DNA of 64,000 nt from a virus: IMG/VR virus record IMGVR_UViG_3300024999_000055, positions 42,331 to 106,330 of that record. The stretch is one strand, 5' to 3'. Below the pieces are notes generated by a model, which saw nothing but the letters and a program-made list of their open reading frames with translations, had not been told where the DNA came from and ran no database searches. Positions 44,662 through 55,411 of the stretch are shown here, piece after piece (the first letter of the stretch is position 1; the number at the start of each line of letters is the position of its first letter). The position numbers and the translations under genes were made by a program.

Positions 44662-46362
44662 TTATCCTACCTTATATATTTCTTTTTCATTAATAACTAT
44701 AAATTTACCACCTTCTCGCAATAATTTACTATCTTCATTTACAATATTACATTCAAAGTCTTTATAAATATTTTTTTCATAACTATAACCCTTAATACAT
44801 CCATCGCTTGGTTTAAATATTATATTATTATAGAAACATAAATTTCCTAAATCGTTAGTGTATTTTATTGCTTCACTTTCATATATTACATTATTTTTGT
44901 TTAAAACATAAGTATTAAATAATCCTTTTTGATTTTCAGTAATAAATAACCATCTCTTAGTTACTATATCATAATGCAAACCATAATTAATAATTTTATC
45001 AGTATTCATTAATGTGTAATTATATCCTGAAACATTAATGATTTTCATATTGTCATATATATTGCAAACAAAATATGTCTTATCATCAATAATTTCAAAA
45101 ATATTATTAAAAGAAACTTTACTAATATTTTTATTATAGTTTCCATTTTCATTAATGGTTAATTCAACCAAACTATTACTTAAATTAATATAATATACTT
45201 TATTATCAATTATTCTTACATCACTTTTATTAATCTTCTCAAATGTAAAAATATTATTTGATGTTTTAATCTGAATTTTATTATTAAATATTCCATAGAT
45301 AATACTTCCATCATTAGAAAAATAATATCTATTCTTCTTATTTTTCACCTTATATTTTGATTTAATATGAACGATATTATCATCATTATCTAAATATAAG
45401 TCTAAACTCAATATAGTTTTAATACTCTCATTTGTAAAATACAAAAATACTGGTATCCCATTACTACTTTCAATTTTAATAGGTTTATCTATTATCTTTG
45501 CTAAATTATTGCATATTGGACATTCCGTAAATTTACCATAGTAATATTCTTTATCTTTCTGACAATATTTTAAATTATTAAAATAGTCATCTAAACTATT
45601 ATCTATGATAAATCTTTTTTTATTTTCAAATACCTCTTTTAATTCTTCTAACATTTTAGGTGACATATAATTCCATTTATTTATTGTTTTAGGAATAGTA
45701 ACTTTATTATTATCAATAACTGATATACCTTTATTCATACGTTCTAATATATTTATATCTGGAGTAATTGTTCCTCCAAATGGATGTATCCTAGTTAAAG
45801 ATTTAAATATTAATATTCCAAAAGCATAATCATCTGTGTCAGAAGAAAAATTATTACTTGTTAATAACGGATCTTTAAATGAATCCATACATACTAAACC
45901 TTTGTATTTATCTATAGTCCAACTATCACAATCAATAAAATATATATTAAAATATTTATCAAATAAAATATTACAATCATTTAAGTCACTAATATATATA
46001 TTTTGATTGTGTAATTTTATTAGAGTATCTTTAATATTAACCAACATTTTAAGTATATCTTTTGATTTAATATTATTTGTTTGTAAATATTTCTTATTAG
46101 ATAGTCTTTTAAATTCTTCACCTTCAACTTTATCCATTAAATATCCTACAAACTTACCTTTATTATAAACAATATCATTAGGAATGATTACGTTATCAGG
46201 TAGTGTTTTAGACATTAATAACTTTACTTTTTCTAATTTTTCATTTTTATCAATATTACTTTTGTATATTTTAATAATCTGATTTTGATATTCATAAATT
46301 ATTCCTTCTCCACCTTCGGCTAGTGGATTTTGTTTTAAGAACTTATCATCTACCTGAATCAT
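44662..46362 (-). CDS. Ser/Thr protein kinase (TerY-P-type) with Zn knuckle and beta-rich C-terminal domain
   Basis: LAEGGEGIIY, IIKIY, ISDLNDCNIL, FIDCDS, HPFGG, CQKD...CPIC. Confidence 0.88.
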   Translation of the reverse strand: MIQVDDKFLKQNPLAEGGEGIIYEYQNQIIKIYKSNIDKNEKLEKVKLLMSKTLPDNVIIPNDIVYNKGKFVGYLMDKVEGEEFKRLSNKKYLQTNNIKSKDILKMLVNIKDTLIKLHNQNIYISDLNDCNILFDKYFNIYFIDCDSWTIDKYKGLVCMDSFKDPLLTSNNFSSDTDDYAFGILIFKSLTRIHPFGGTITPDINILERMNKGISVIDNNKVTIPKTINKWNYMSPKMLEELKEVFENKKRFIIDNSLDDYFNNLKYCQKDKEYYYGKFTECPICNNLAKIIDKPIKIESSNGIPVFLYFTNESIKTILSLDLYLDNDDNIVHIKSKYKVKNKKNRYYFSNDGSIIYGIFNNKIQIKTSNNIFTFEKINKSDVRIIDNKVYYINLSNSLVELTINENGNYNKNISKVSFNNIFEIIDDKTYFVCNIYDNMKIINVSGYNYTLMNTDKIINYGLHYDIVTKRWLFITENQKGLFNTYVLNKNNVIYESEAIKYTNDLGNLCFYNNIIFKPSDGCIKGYSYEKNIYKDFECNIVNEDSKLLREGGKFIVINEKEIYKVG

Positions 46363-46373
46363 TTAATCATCTC

Positions 46374-47018
46374 CTAAAATGCAATTGTAATATCATCTTT
46401 AAATAATTTATGTTCTCTATTTATTAATCTTTTAATAGCAAATTCTTTTCTGTTAATTAAACTTTTTTCAAATTCCTCTTTAAATTCACTATTTAAAATA
46501 TATTGCAAACCATCTGAAGCAATACCTATAGATTTATACTCGTCTTTTTTATAATATCTTAAATCAAAATTCACTCCATTTTTATAATCAGATAAATATT
46601 CTTCTGATATATAATTATAGGCATAATATTTAGGTTTATTATTTTGTTCTATTGTTTCATATTCTAAAATATCATCATATTTTTGTTTAATAATAATTCC
46701 GTCTCCACATGAATAAACAACAAAATGTTCTTCTAATTCTTCAACAAATAAAATAGTAAATAATAAGAAATCCTTAATATTATTTGGTTTATTATTTATA
46801 ATATTACTATTAAATATAACATTAAAAAAATCTTTTGTGCTAATAATAGGACATCCTAAATCTTCGTACATGTGACAAAACAATTTAACTCCCACTTCTG
46901 AATGTAACCCTTCCGAACAACCATCTACAACACATTTAATGTTATTATGTATAAATCCATAATCTTGATTATTTAAACCTTTTTCTAAATGACTATATCC
47001 TATTTTATTTATAAACAT
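46374..47018 (-). CDS. PP2C-family protein phosphatase
   Basis: GYSH...NQD, VVDGCS, CGDG, ASDGL, DDITI. Confidence 0.88.
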   Translation of the reverse strand: MFINKIGYSHLEKGLNNQDYGFIHNNIKCVVDGCSEGLHSEVGVKLFCHMYEDLGCPIISTKDFFNVIFNSNIINNKPNNIKDFLLFTILFVEELEEHFVVYSCGDGIIIKQKYDDILEYETIEQNNKPKYYAYNYISEEYLSDYKNGVNFDLRYYKKDEYKSIGIASDGLQYILNSEFKEEFEKSLINRKEFAIKRLINREHKLFKDDITIAF

Positions 47019-47036
47019 ATTATAATCTCCTTAATT

Positions 47037-47075
47037 TATACTAAGGTAAGAATTAATATATCTTACCTTAGTATA
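47037..47075. other. Perfect 15-bp inverted repeat between the vWA and PP2C genes
   Basis: TATACTAAGGTAAGA-9 nt-TCTTACCTTAGTATA. Confidence 0.85.
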
Positions 47076-47091
47076 TTTATGTTTTTATTTA

Positions 47092-47766
47092 TTACATTGT
47101 AAAGAAATCATCTGTTTTATTTACTACATTTTTAGAACTTTCAATAACAGATTTTGATAAACAATTAAACGCCTTTCTTAATTCTGATGCAGAACTCTTA
47201 ACATCAAGTATATTTTTAAAATCTAATTGTTTAGCAATACTTGTTGCTCCTCCACCAAAACTTATAAATGCAGTTGTAATTTCTTCATTGTTAAGTGTCT
47301 GGATACTTCTTTTAGCATCTGATATTACATTTCTTGAAGAAGTATTATCACCATCACTAAATATTGCAAATACTGCTTTAACCCTCATTCCTTGATTTTT
47401 TAGAAATGTTATATAGTTAGTTAATTTCTCACTACCTTCTACGATTACATCATATAATGCCGTCATGCCATTTGAGGAATAAGCAATATCAAAATCTGAT
47501 ACTTTTTTATATCCTCCAACATTAATATAATCTGCAAAATCTGCTCTTGCTACAAGGATTTCGTCAATTTCTTTTGAATCTAATAGTGCATTTTTAAATT
47601 CATTTAATGAAAATTTCATGTCAGATACAAATGGATACATTGAACCAGAACCATCAATACCTACAAAGATAAGATTTACACTTTCATTATCAATTTCTTC
47701 TACAGAAGTATTCTCAATTTCAATTTCGTCCATACCTAAAATATCTAATTCGTTTGTCATAGTCAT
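47092..47766 (-). CDS. vWA domain protein (TerY-like)
   Basis: MIDAS IDGSGSM, TALYD, IFSDG. Confidence 0.88.
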   Translation of the reverse strand: MTMTNELDILGMDEIEIENTSVEEIDNESVNLIFVGIDGSGSMYPFVSDMKFSLNEFKNALLDSKEIDEILVARADFADYINVGGYKKVSDFDIAYSSNGMTALYDVIVEGSEKLTNYITFLKNQGMRVKAVFAIFSDGDNTSSRNVISDAKRSIQTLNNEEITTAFISFGGGATSIAKQLDFKNILDVKSSASELRKAFNCLSKSVIESSKNVVNKTDDFFTM

Positions 47767-47812
47767 AATATATTCCTCCTATTATTTTTATTATTTTATA
47801 TTTTTATTATCT

Positions 47813-48721
47813 TTAAAGTTTTAAGTCTGTTGATTTAAGTATATTTACTTTATATTGCTTTTTAAAAGATTTAAAAGCATTTTCTGTTGTTTGTTCAAAA
47901 CTTGGAATAGAAGACATACAATCTTCAAGAATGTAAATTTTCTTAGTTACTTCAGGTTTATTTTGATAATACTCAAGAATTTGTTTAATTGATTCTAAAC
48001 AACAGTGTGATTTTGCCTCACCCAAAACAACAATCTTATCAAACTTTTCAATCTTATTAAGAAAATCAATATTGATATAGTTTTTTGTATCATATTCTGG
48101 CTTAATCACCCCGTACATCTCGCTCAAAGGGTCTTGACCTTTAACAAGTCTAAGTGTCATACTTTTCTTTGCTACTGAATGAAAATAAACCATATTAGCA
48201 AATTGATTTTCTAATGCACAACCACTTGTACCTTGTAGGCAATGATATGTCCATATAACTAAAACCTTTTTACCTTGTTTTTCTAAATTCTCCACATATT
48301 CTCTACTTGCTTTAGGATTAACAACAGGCATCCATTTTCCAGAATCTAAATCTGCCAATGTAATTGCTGTAAATGGAGTAGGATTATTGCCTTTAGCATC
48401 TACCCACCAGCAAGGATGGAAAATTTGGAATGGGTTATGTGTATCAATTGATACAGCAATTTGTGAGATTTTATCCATATTATCATAAATAAATCTTGTG
48501 GAATTTTCAACATCTTTAATTGCTCCAGGTACACCCAACGCTCCATTATCCATAAAATCTTGTTGAACATCAATTCCGATTACTAATACACTTTCTGAAT
48601 TTTTACTTGCAGGAATCATTTGCTCATTGTTTGCTAATACTAACAAGTCATTCATCTTGATTGGATTTTCTGTTGCCCCGATAGATGATACATTTACGAT
48701 TTCCTCAAATTTTGTTTTCAT
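47813..48721 (-). CDS. Nicotinamidase/isochorismatase-family cysteine hydrolase
   Basis: IDVQQDF, GALGVPGA, SIDTH, WTYHC, VKG, GEAKSHC (Asp-Lys-Cys triad and metal ligands). Confidence 0.88.
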   Translation of the reverse strand: MKTKFEEIVNVSSIGATENPIKMNDLLVLANNEQMIPASKNSESVLVIGIDVQQDFMDNGALGVPGAIKDVENSTRFIYDNMDKISQIAVSIDTHNPFQIFHPCWWVDAKGNNPTPFTAITLADLDSGKWMPVVNPKASREYVENLEKQGKKVLVIWTYHCLQGTSGCALENQFANMVYFHSVAKKSMTLRLVKGQDPLSEMYGVIKPEYDTKNYINIDFLNKIEKFDKIVVLGEAKSHCCLESIKQILEYYQNKPEVTKKIYILEDCMSSIPSFEQTTENAFKSFKKQYKVNILKSTDLKL

Positions 48722-48774
48722 GTTTTTAATCTCCTTTTTATTTATATTTTTTATTTGTTTTATTTATTGATGTT

Positions 48775-48803
48775 ATTCTACCATACTAGTTAGTGACTGT
48801 CAA
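48775..48803 (-). promoter_or_regulatory. sigma-A promoter of the four-gene operon
   Basis: TTGACA-17 nt-TAGAAT with extended TG. Confidence 0.8.
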
Positions 48804-48851
48804 CATATTTATTTTAATATTCTATTAATATTATACTTTATTTAGATCATG

Positions 48852-48925
48852 ACAAAACCAATATTTTATATTGAAATTTTCCTACATATAGTAGTATTTA
48901 ATTATTTAACCACTATATGTAGTAT
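48852..48925. repeat. Composite site: palindrome A + tandem NrdR-box-like pair
   Basis: ATCATG-ACAAAA-CCAATA-TTTTAT; boxes at 48879 and 48910. Confidence 0.8.
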
Positions 48926-49147
48926 ATAAAAACTATTCTTCTACAATCTCATATTCATCATCAATTAAATATATCCATTCGTTTCCTTTATATTGAACAA
49001 ATACTCCCCTAATATTACCTTCCCAATTATAATCACCTATTGATTCTTTAGATTCTTCTATAGTTAACTCATTATATATTTTTGCTTCAACAATTTCTCC
49101 AACTTTCTCATTGAAATAATTAGATAATATTTTAACTTTCATATGTA

Positions 49148-49771
49148 TTATTCCTCCTCTTCATCCCATTCTTCTAACAATTCTATTGCTTCACTATAAC
49201 CTTTCCAGTTATCCACTCCTGCACATTTAAGTGCTTCTAAAAAATTACTATCTTTTAATAATTTATTATATTCTTCTAACGTAATATTTATAGTTTCATT
49301 ATTATATGTATTAAATTTCTCAATCAATTTAAAACATCTAGGTTCAATACTCTTATCAATATTAACACCAGGAACAAATGTTAATCCTTCGGCCACATTA
49401 TCTCCTTGTTGAGTAGAAACTTGAACTAAACAACCATTAGGTAAATTGCATACCTTTGTTGATTTCATCCATTTTTGATTTTTAGAACTTGCTTTACATA
49501 ATAATGCAAAAGTATCTCCGTCACCATAAACTTTAATATCATTAATTTTCTCTTTTGCTTGCTCAACGTTTTGAATGTTTAATGTTTTACTATTCATATT
49601 ATTTTCCTCCTCTTTATTATTTGATATTTTTCTTTTAAATTCTTTACATCCACCAGGAGTGCAATCACCTTTGCCACAATTATTATCATTTCTACAATAA
49701 CCCATACATAAATTATCATTAAATTGCTTTGCACAATCAAAACAACAATCTACTTTATTATATTTATTCAT
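49148..49771 (-). CDS. Three-part fusion protein (Cys-rich / WMKSTK domain / GVDNWxGY domain)
   Basis: Distinct segments; an internal RBS-like GAGGAGG before MNSKTL suggests a second start. Confidence 0.6.
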   Translation of the reverse strand: MNKYNKVDCCFDCAKQFNDNLCMGYCRNDNNCGKGDCTPGGCKEFKRKISNNKEEENNMNSKTLNIQNVEQAKEKINDIKVYGDGDTFALLCKASSKNQKWMKSTKVCNLPNGCLVQVSTQQGDNVAEGLTFVPGVNIDKSIEPRCFKLIEKFNTYNNETINITLEEYNKLLKDSNFLEALKCAGVDNWKGYSEAIELLEEWDEEEE

Positions 49772-51496
49772 ATGTATTCATTATCTCCTTTACATTTTTT
49801 TAAAATCTCAAATGCCATGCGTTCATCGCTCCACTTAACGCACCATTATCACCAAGCAATAAATATCCACAAAACATAATAAAAGTAGTAGTTACAATGT
49901 GACTTACCTCAATACTACCAATAACCTTTGTGTTTAATAATTCTTTCATAATAATCTCTCCTCTTTATTTTTATATTTTTCAAATATCATAATATATTTT
50001 ATTATCTTTAACTGCACCATTAACATCTTTTATTTCTTTAATATAATATCTACTATCACAATCATTCTTACTACTAAAAGTATGAATAATTGTTGTTATA
50101 TAATATTTATTATTATCTATATCTTTAACTTTTATCTTATAAGTATGTGCCCAATAATTATTATTACCATAAATATAAATGATAATATTAATTTTATAAT
50201 CAAAATTTTCACCTCCTATATGTTTTATTAATTTTAACTTTTTTATTAAAATCAGGATAATATACTTTTGCTAATTTCCTATGTTGTTTATTAACTATAT
50301 TAAAATCTTTTGTATTGAGTGAAAATTCTAATGTTTTATATTTATTTTTATTTAATGTAGATATTATAAATACTAATAGAAAATGAATTGCAAATATTGT
50401 TAACCACAATCTAAAAAGATTAATAATATCAATAAATAACATTCCTATAATTATAGCACAAATAAAATTTAAAAAACAAAATAAATTAATTTCTAAATAA
50501 TTATTATGAATAAATTTAACTCTATCATTATAATTAAGATATAAATAACTTAACCAAAATTCTAGTAATATCATTGAATTATTCCTTTGTATTAAGTTTA
50601 ATATCGTCACGAAACATTCAATTGATTAAATTTGCACCGTCCAAATATTTTCATCATTATCTTTTAAGCATTCTGCATCTAATTTATTTTCATTATTAAG
50701 TTGTAATAATTTATCAATTAATTTCATAATCTTATTCTCCTTTCTCTTCTCTACATAAACTTTCATGAATACTACTTGCAATACTAATATACTCTGCCAT
50801 TTCATGTAATTCTTCTCTTAATTCTAATTGATCTGCTAATTCTTCGGCAAATCTTTTATATTCTTGCCATGTAATATTAGAAATAAAATTTTTAACTACT
50901 TCTTTATCATGTTCTAAATCAACTGCCATTTTTACAATGAATTCTTTAAATTCATCAATTGCAATATTAATATTTTCTTCTCTTTGTTCTTTAGACATCT
51001 CACTAAATTTCATAGTGTTTATCCTTTCTATTTCAATATTAAAGTTAGATATTTCTATATATTGTGGTCGTGTATATAACCACAATATATAGAATACATA
51101 TACTTTTATGTATAATTTTACTTTTCCTTCTTACTCTTACTCCCTACACTATTTGTAACATTACTAATTGATTTTTTCATATTATCAATATCAGTAAGTA
51201 AAAATACCATAGCCTGCTCTTTGGTAAATCCAATTTCAACATAAGCGTCGAATTGATTCTTTCTTACTTTTGCTTTAGCAGTAAAATATTCAGTATTATT
51301 TGAAAAGTCCTTGTATACTTCTAATAATTCTTGACCAACCATATAAACTAATGGTTTAAATTGATCTACCTGCTCTTTAATCATCCCCTTTAATTCATCT
51401 GGATTCTCCAATAAATTGTATAATAATTTGTTCATATTAACATTCTCCTTTTCGTTTTTATATTTTTATTTAATAGCAATACATTATAACGTATCA

Positions 51497-52063
51497 CTAT
51501 TTTACACACTCCATAAACACATCAATATTATCATCAATTATTTTAACTATCTGACACAATTCATCTAACATACTAGCAGTTAAATGATTATCCATTGTAT
51601 CCGTATCAATATAAGCATATTTTTCTTTAACATTGATTACAATAGAAATTTCAGTTTCATAGATATAAACACATATCTCACTAAAAGGCCAAATATGTAA
51701 TGACAATTTGCTACCTTCATAATCTCCAATTATATTTAATATTTGTTTAATTATGCTTTGTAGATTTGTATTGCTATTAGGTAAAATATTATTATTTACA
51801 TTTTCTTTAATTTTATCTTTTTCTTCATTTTTACCTATAAACTCCAAATTATCTATAGCAAAACATAATTTACCTTTTTGTGAATCAATGTCATTTACAT
51901 TTTTATCATAGAATTCTATGATAAATCTATTGTTAAACCCATAATTATGATCAATTTTAATTATTCCTATTTTACCTATGTACATTTCTAATTCAGTACT
52001 GTCTTGAAATTGAAATCCATCTGTATTTATTACTTTTACTACTTTATCTATGTATTTAGACAT
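51497..52063 (-). CDS. Hypothetical protein sharing its N-terminal domain with 54458..54985
   Basis: KVINTDGF...NRFIIEF.D...GKLCFAIDNLEFI versus RIINTKGF...NRLSIKFDD...GRLCFRIDSVEFI. Confidence 0.7.
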   Translation of the reverse strand: MSKYIDKVVKVINTDGFQFQDSTELEMYIGKIGIIKIDHNYGFNNRFIIEFYDKNVNDIDSQKGKLCFAIDNLEFIGKNEEKDKIKENVNNNILPNSNTNLQSIIKQILNIIGDYEGSKLSLHIWPFSEICVYIYETEISIVINVKEKYAYIDTDTMDNHLTASMLDELCQIVKIIDDNIDVFMECVK

Positions 52064-53618
52064 ATTGTATTCTCCCTTCTATTTATCTTTAATATTTCTA
52101 TTCAACCAATCGCAATATTTTTGACATTCTTCTTTACTTTTAAATCCTAGTCTCTCGCCATATGATTTATTTTTATGCAATTCAATAATACTTTCATCAA
52201 ATTCATCAACAACATTATAAATTTTAAATTCTTGATAATCATAATCATAACTATTTCTATCTTTACTAGGAGAATAACTTCTACTAAAATAAAATTTTCT
52301 TTCTGAAGAATATCTACTATCTCGTTTACTAAATTTAATCATTATAATTACACTTATAGCAGGAACATATTTACTTAACATTTTTGCACAAGCACATGCA
52401 GTTTTAGTGATTTCACCATTTGGAAATTTTGCAACTAATTTTCTCTCTTTATTACATAAGTTACATTTTTCATTTTGGTAACGCTCTATATCAGCAAACC
52501 ATACTTCACACTCTTCTATATATTGCTTTAAAGTATCACCGATATTACTTTGATAAAATTCATTAGTGACTTCTCTTTTAAGATTTTCTTCTTTATATTT
52601 TAGATCATTTTCTTTATTTAAAATATCTCTTTCACGTTGTTTATATTTATTATTTTCTTCTTTTAATCTTACATTTTCATCCTTGATATTCTCAATTTGT
52701 GACTTAACACTATCTAATAAAGCATCTTTCATTTTTTGTTGATATTCTATTAAAATTTCATCCGCTAAAGTTGGTTCATAATAAGGTGGTTCTTCATAAT
52801 AATCGTACATATTTTCAATCTCCTTTTTTATTTATTAAATTATTACAATTTTAGATTCATGCAATATCCAAGTGCCATTATTTAAATTATTATAAACTTG
52901 TTTTCCTACATAATTATTATCATATGTAATTCCATTGTCAACAGCAGTTAATAAATATCTATCTTTATCTGAATTTTTTGAAACAATATAATAACTTTTA
53001 CCATCACAATGAGATAGAAAGAATGGTGTTTCTGGTATTTCTATTTTTTTAGAATTATTATTATTTTCTATTTTAATTTTATACATATTCATTTTCTCCT
53101 TTTTTTGTTTATTAAATTAAAACCAAAGATAAGTTTGATCATATATTAATTTATTTTTAATTTAATCTATATAATCACATTGCAAATTATCTGTTTCCTT
53201 GCCACATATAGGACAATCAAATATCGCAACTTCTAATCCTTCATACTCTGTAGTTTCTTTTACAGCAATATCCATAGAATTAAATAAACCATTACACTTA
53301 TTACATTTCATATTAGGCAATTCCATATTTTCTCCTTTGTTCTATATTATTCTATTCTTCTACAATTTGAATCATTTCAACAGTATTAGGTGAGAATCCA
53401 ACACCCATTAAAAAACACTTAAACTCTTCTACTAATAACTCAATTTGAGTTTGAATCTCTGAATCTACTTTCATAAGTGTTTTGATAAGTCTACTTTCAT
53501 TATTAAATTCGTCAATGTAAGCAAAATCAATTTTAACTTTAGATTCATTTTTATGTTCTATATCAATCATATGTATTTTTTCTCCTTTCGTAAGTTTTAT
53601 TATTTAATAACTGATTAT

Positions 53619-53647
53619 ATTATACAATTATATTTATATTCTGTCAA
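53619..53647 (-). promoter_or_regulatory. sigma-A promoter
   Basis: TTGACA-17 nt-TATAAT. Confidence 0.85.
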
Positions 53648-53930
53648 GTACCTATCTAGGACAATCCCTATTCACTCCACCATTCTTTTCTACCTTAACT
53701 TCTTCTGGAGCAATACCATTTCCAATAATTTCAACTCTCCCTTCATCAAACCAGTTAGTGTCATTTACCTTACCATCTTTACTTTTTGGTGCTATTCCAT
53801 ATTGAGCACAGCCGAATAAATAATTAATTTTGCCAATAATGATACCTTCAAATCCTGTAATTTTGTCTTTCGCTTCTTTGCCTAAATTTTTCATGTAGTT
53901 TTATTCTCCTTTTTATTTTAATTAATTATT

Positions 53931-54985
53931 TTATCTAACCAATCCTTTTAACTTTTTCTGATAAGATTTAATCATCGCTTTGGTGTAAGCGATATCTACC
54001 CCTCTATCTAAGTCATACTCATCACTAGGCAGACACTTTGAAACACCCTTACATCCATCATCTAAAATCACAATGGTAGTATTTCCATTAGTTATTAATT
54101 TATATGATTCGCTACCAGAATCAATTACTTGATTAACAATTTCACCATTATGTGTAATTTTCCAATTGATTTTATGAGGCATCATTTCGTATGTATAAAT
54201 TTTATTTATTGGTTTTTGTTTTGTCTCTTTAATATCTTCGTTTTTAACTTCTTCATGTTTAATATTAATTATTTCAAATTCATCGGAACCATATCCCCAA
54301 ACTTTATTACCTATACAATATGTTTTTAAACTATGCTCTGATATTATTGTTGTTACATTTTCTTTTGTAGATATATCTACTGTTCTATAGTATTGTGGAT
54401 ATTTTTCATCTATACATATTTCCATTTTTAAACCATTAAATAATTCTACAATATCACCTAATTTAGCATGACTTTTAATTTCTTTTCTTCTTCTTTTTCT
54501 TTAATTAACTCAAGATTTTCTATTTCACATGTATGTTTAGTACCATCTTTAGATTTAATAGTTATATCTCCTTCATTAAATTCATTTATCCCACATATTT
54601 CCACTTCTTGACCTTCTATATTTATTATATCATCACATGAACCATAACAAGTATCTCTATTTTTTATTATTCTATATTTTTTACCAATTTTAATATCTTT
54701 TATATCCAGAGTTTTATTCTCTTTTTCTATAGGTTTTTCATATGTATCTTCAATAAATTCAACACTATCAATCCTAAAACATAATCTCCCATTACTATCA
54801 TTTATATTATCTAATACTTCATCATCAAATTTAATTGATAATCTATTATCGCTACCTTCAAAATCCCATCTAACAATTCCTGTTTGATCAACATACTTTT
54901 CTAAATTTTTATAATCATCTCTGATAAAACCTTTAGTGTTGATAATCCTTACTTTTTTACCTTTGTGATTTAAATTAATATTCAT
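53931..54985 (-). pseudogene. Probably one gene split by a 1-nt frameshift near 54485
   Basis: The -1 frame reads KEIKSHAKLGDIVELFNGLK into the second ORF, which lacks a clear RBS; total length is 3n+2. Confidence 0.5.
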
Positions 54986-55034
54986 ATTTATTCTCCTTTA
55001 TAATTATTTTAATAATAATTTTTACCTTATACTA

Positions 55035-55355
55035 TTACATTTTAACCTCAATCTCAATTGGTTCTTTAAGTTTCTTTAACATATCTTTTACTATTTTATC
55101 TTTATTATTATTTTTTGCCTTTTTCATTTTATCATTAATGACTTCTCTCATTAATTCTTCTCCAGACATTTTTATATTATTGATATCTGATAAATACTTA
55201 ATTACTTCATCATAAAATTCTTCATCTGTCTTATCCCAATGACTGACAACAATATCAGAATGCCGATAAAACCATTCGTCTTCCATTTTTAAATATATTT
55301 CTAACCATTCAGTATAATCTCTATCATGTAGTTTTAATTTAATTTTCCCTTTTAT
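55035..55355 (-). CDS. Hypothetical protein, extended to an ATA start
   Basis: AGGGGTG-7 nt-ATA AAA GGG AAA ATT, open into the track ORF. Confidence 0.6.
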   Translation of the reverse strand: MKGKIKLKLHDRDYTEWLEIYLKMEDEWFYRHSDIVVSHWDKTDEEFYDEVIKYLSDINNIKMSGEELMREVINDKMKKAKNNNKDKIVKDMLKKLKEPIEIEVKM

Positions 55356-55411
55356 AATTTTTCACCCCTTTTTAATATTATTACAAATGTAACAACTTGT
55401 AACAATTATTT

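Noticed and set aside
38607-48925. NrdR-like box pairs read as terminators or CRISPR repeats
   Set aside because: The AT-rich arms are each self-palindromic, keep a fixed 30-31 bp spacing, swap order at 44606, lack U tracts and are kilobases apart. This fits protein-binding boxes, not terminators or an array.
50209-50610. DnaJ J-domain (HRKLAKVYYPD)
   Set aside because: HPD is altered, the flanking helices are missing and the ORF looks degenerate; at most a remnant.
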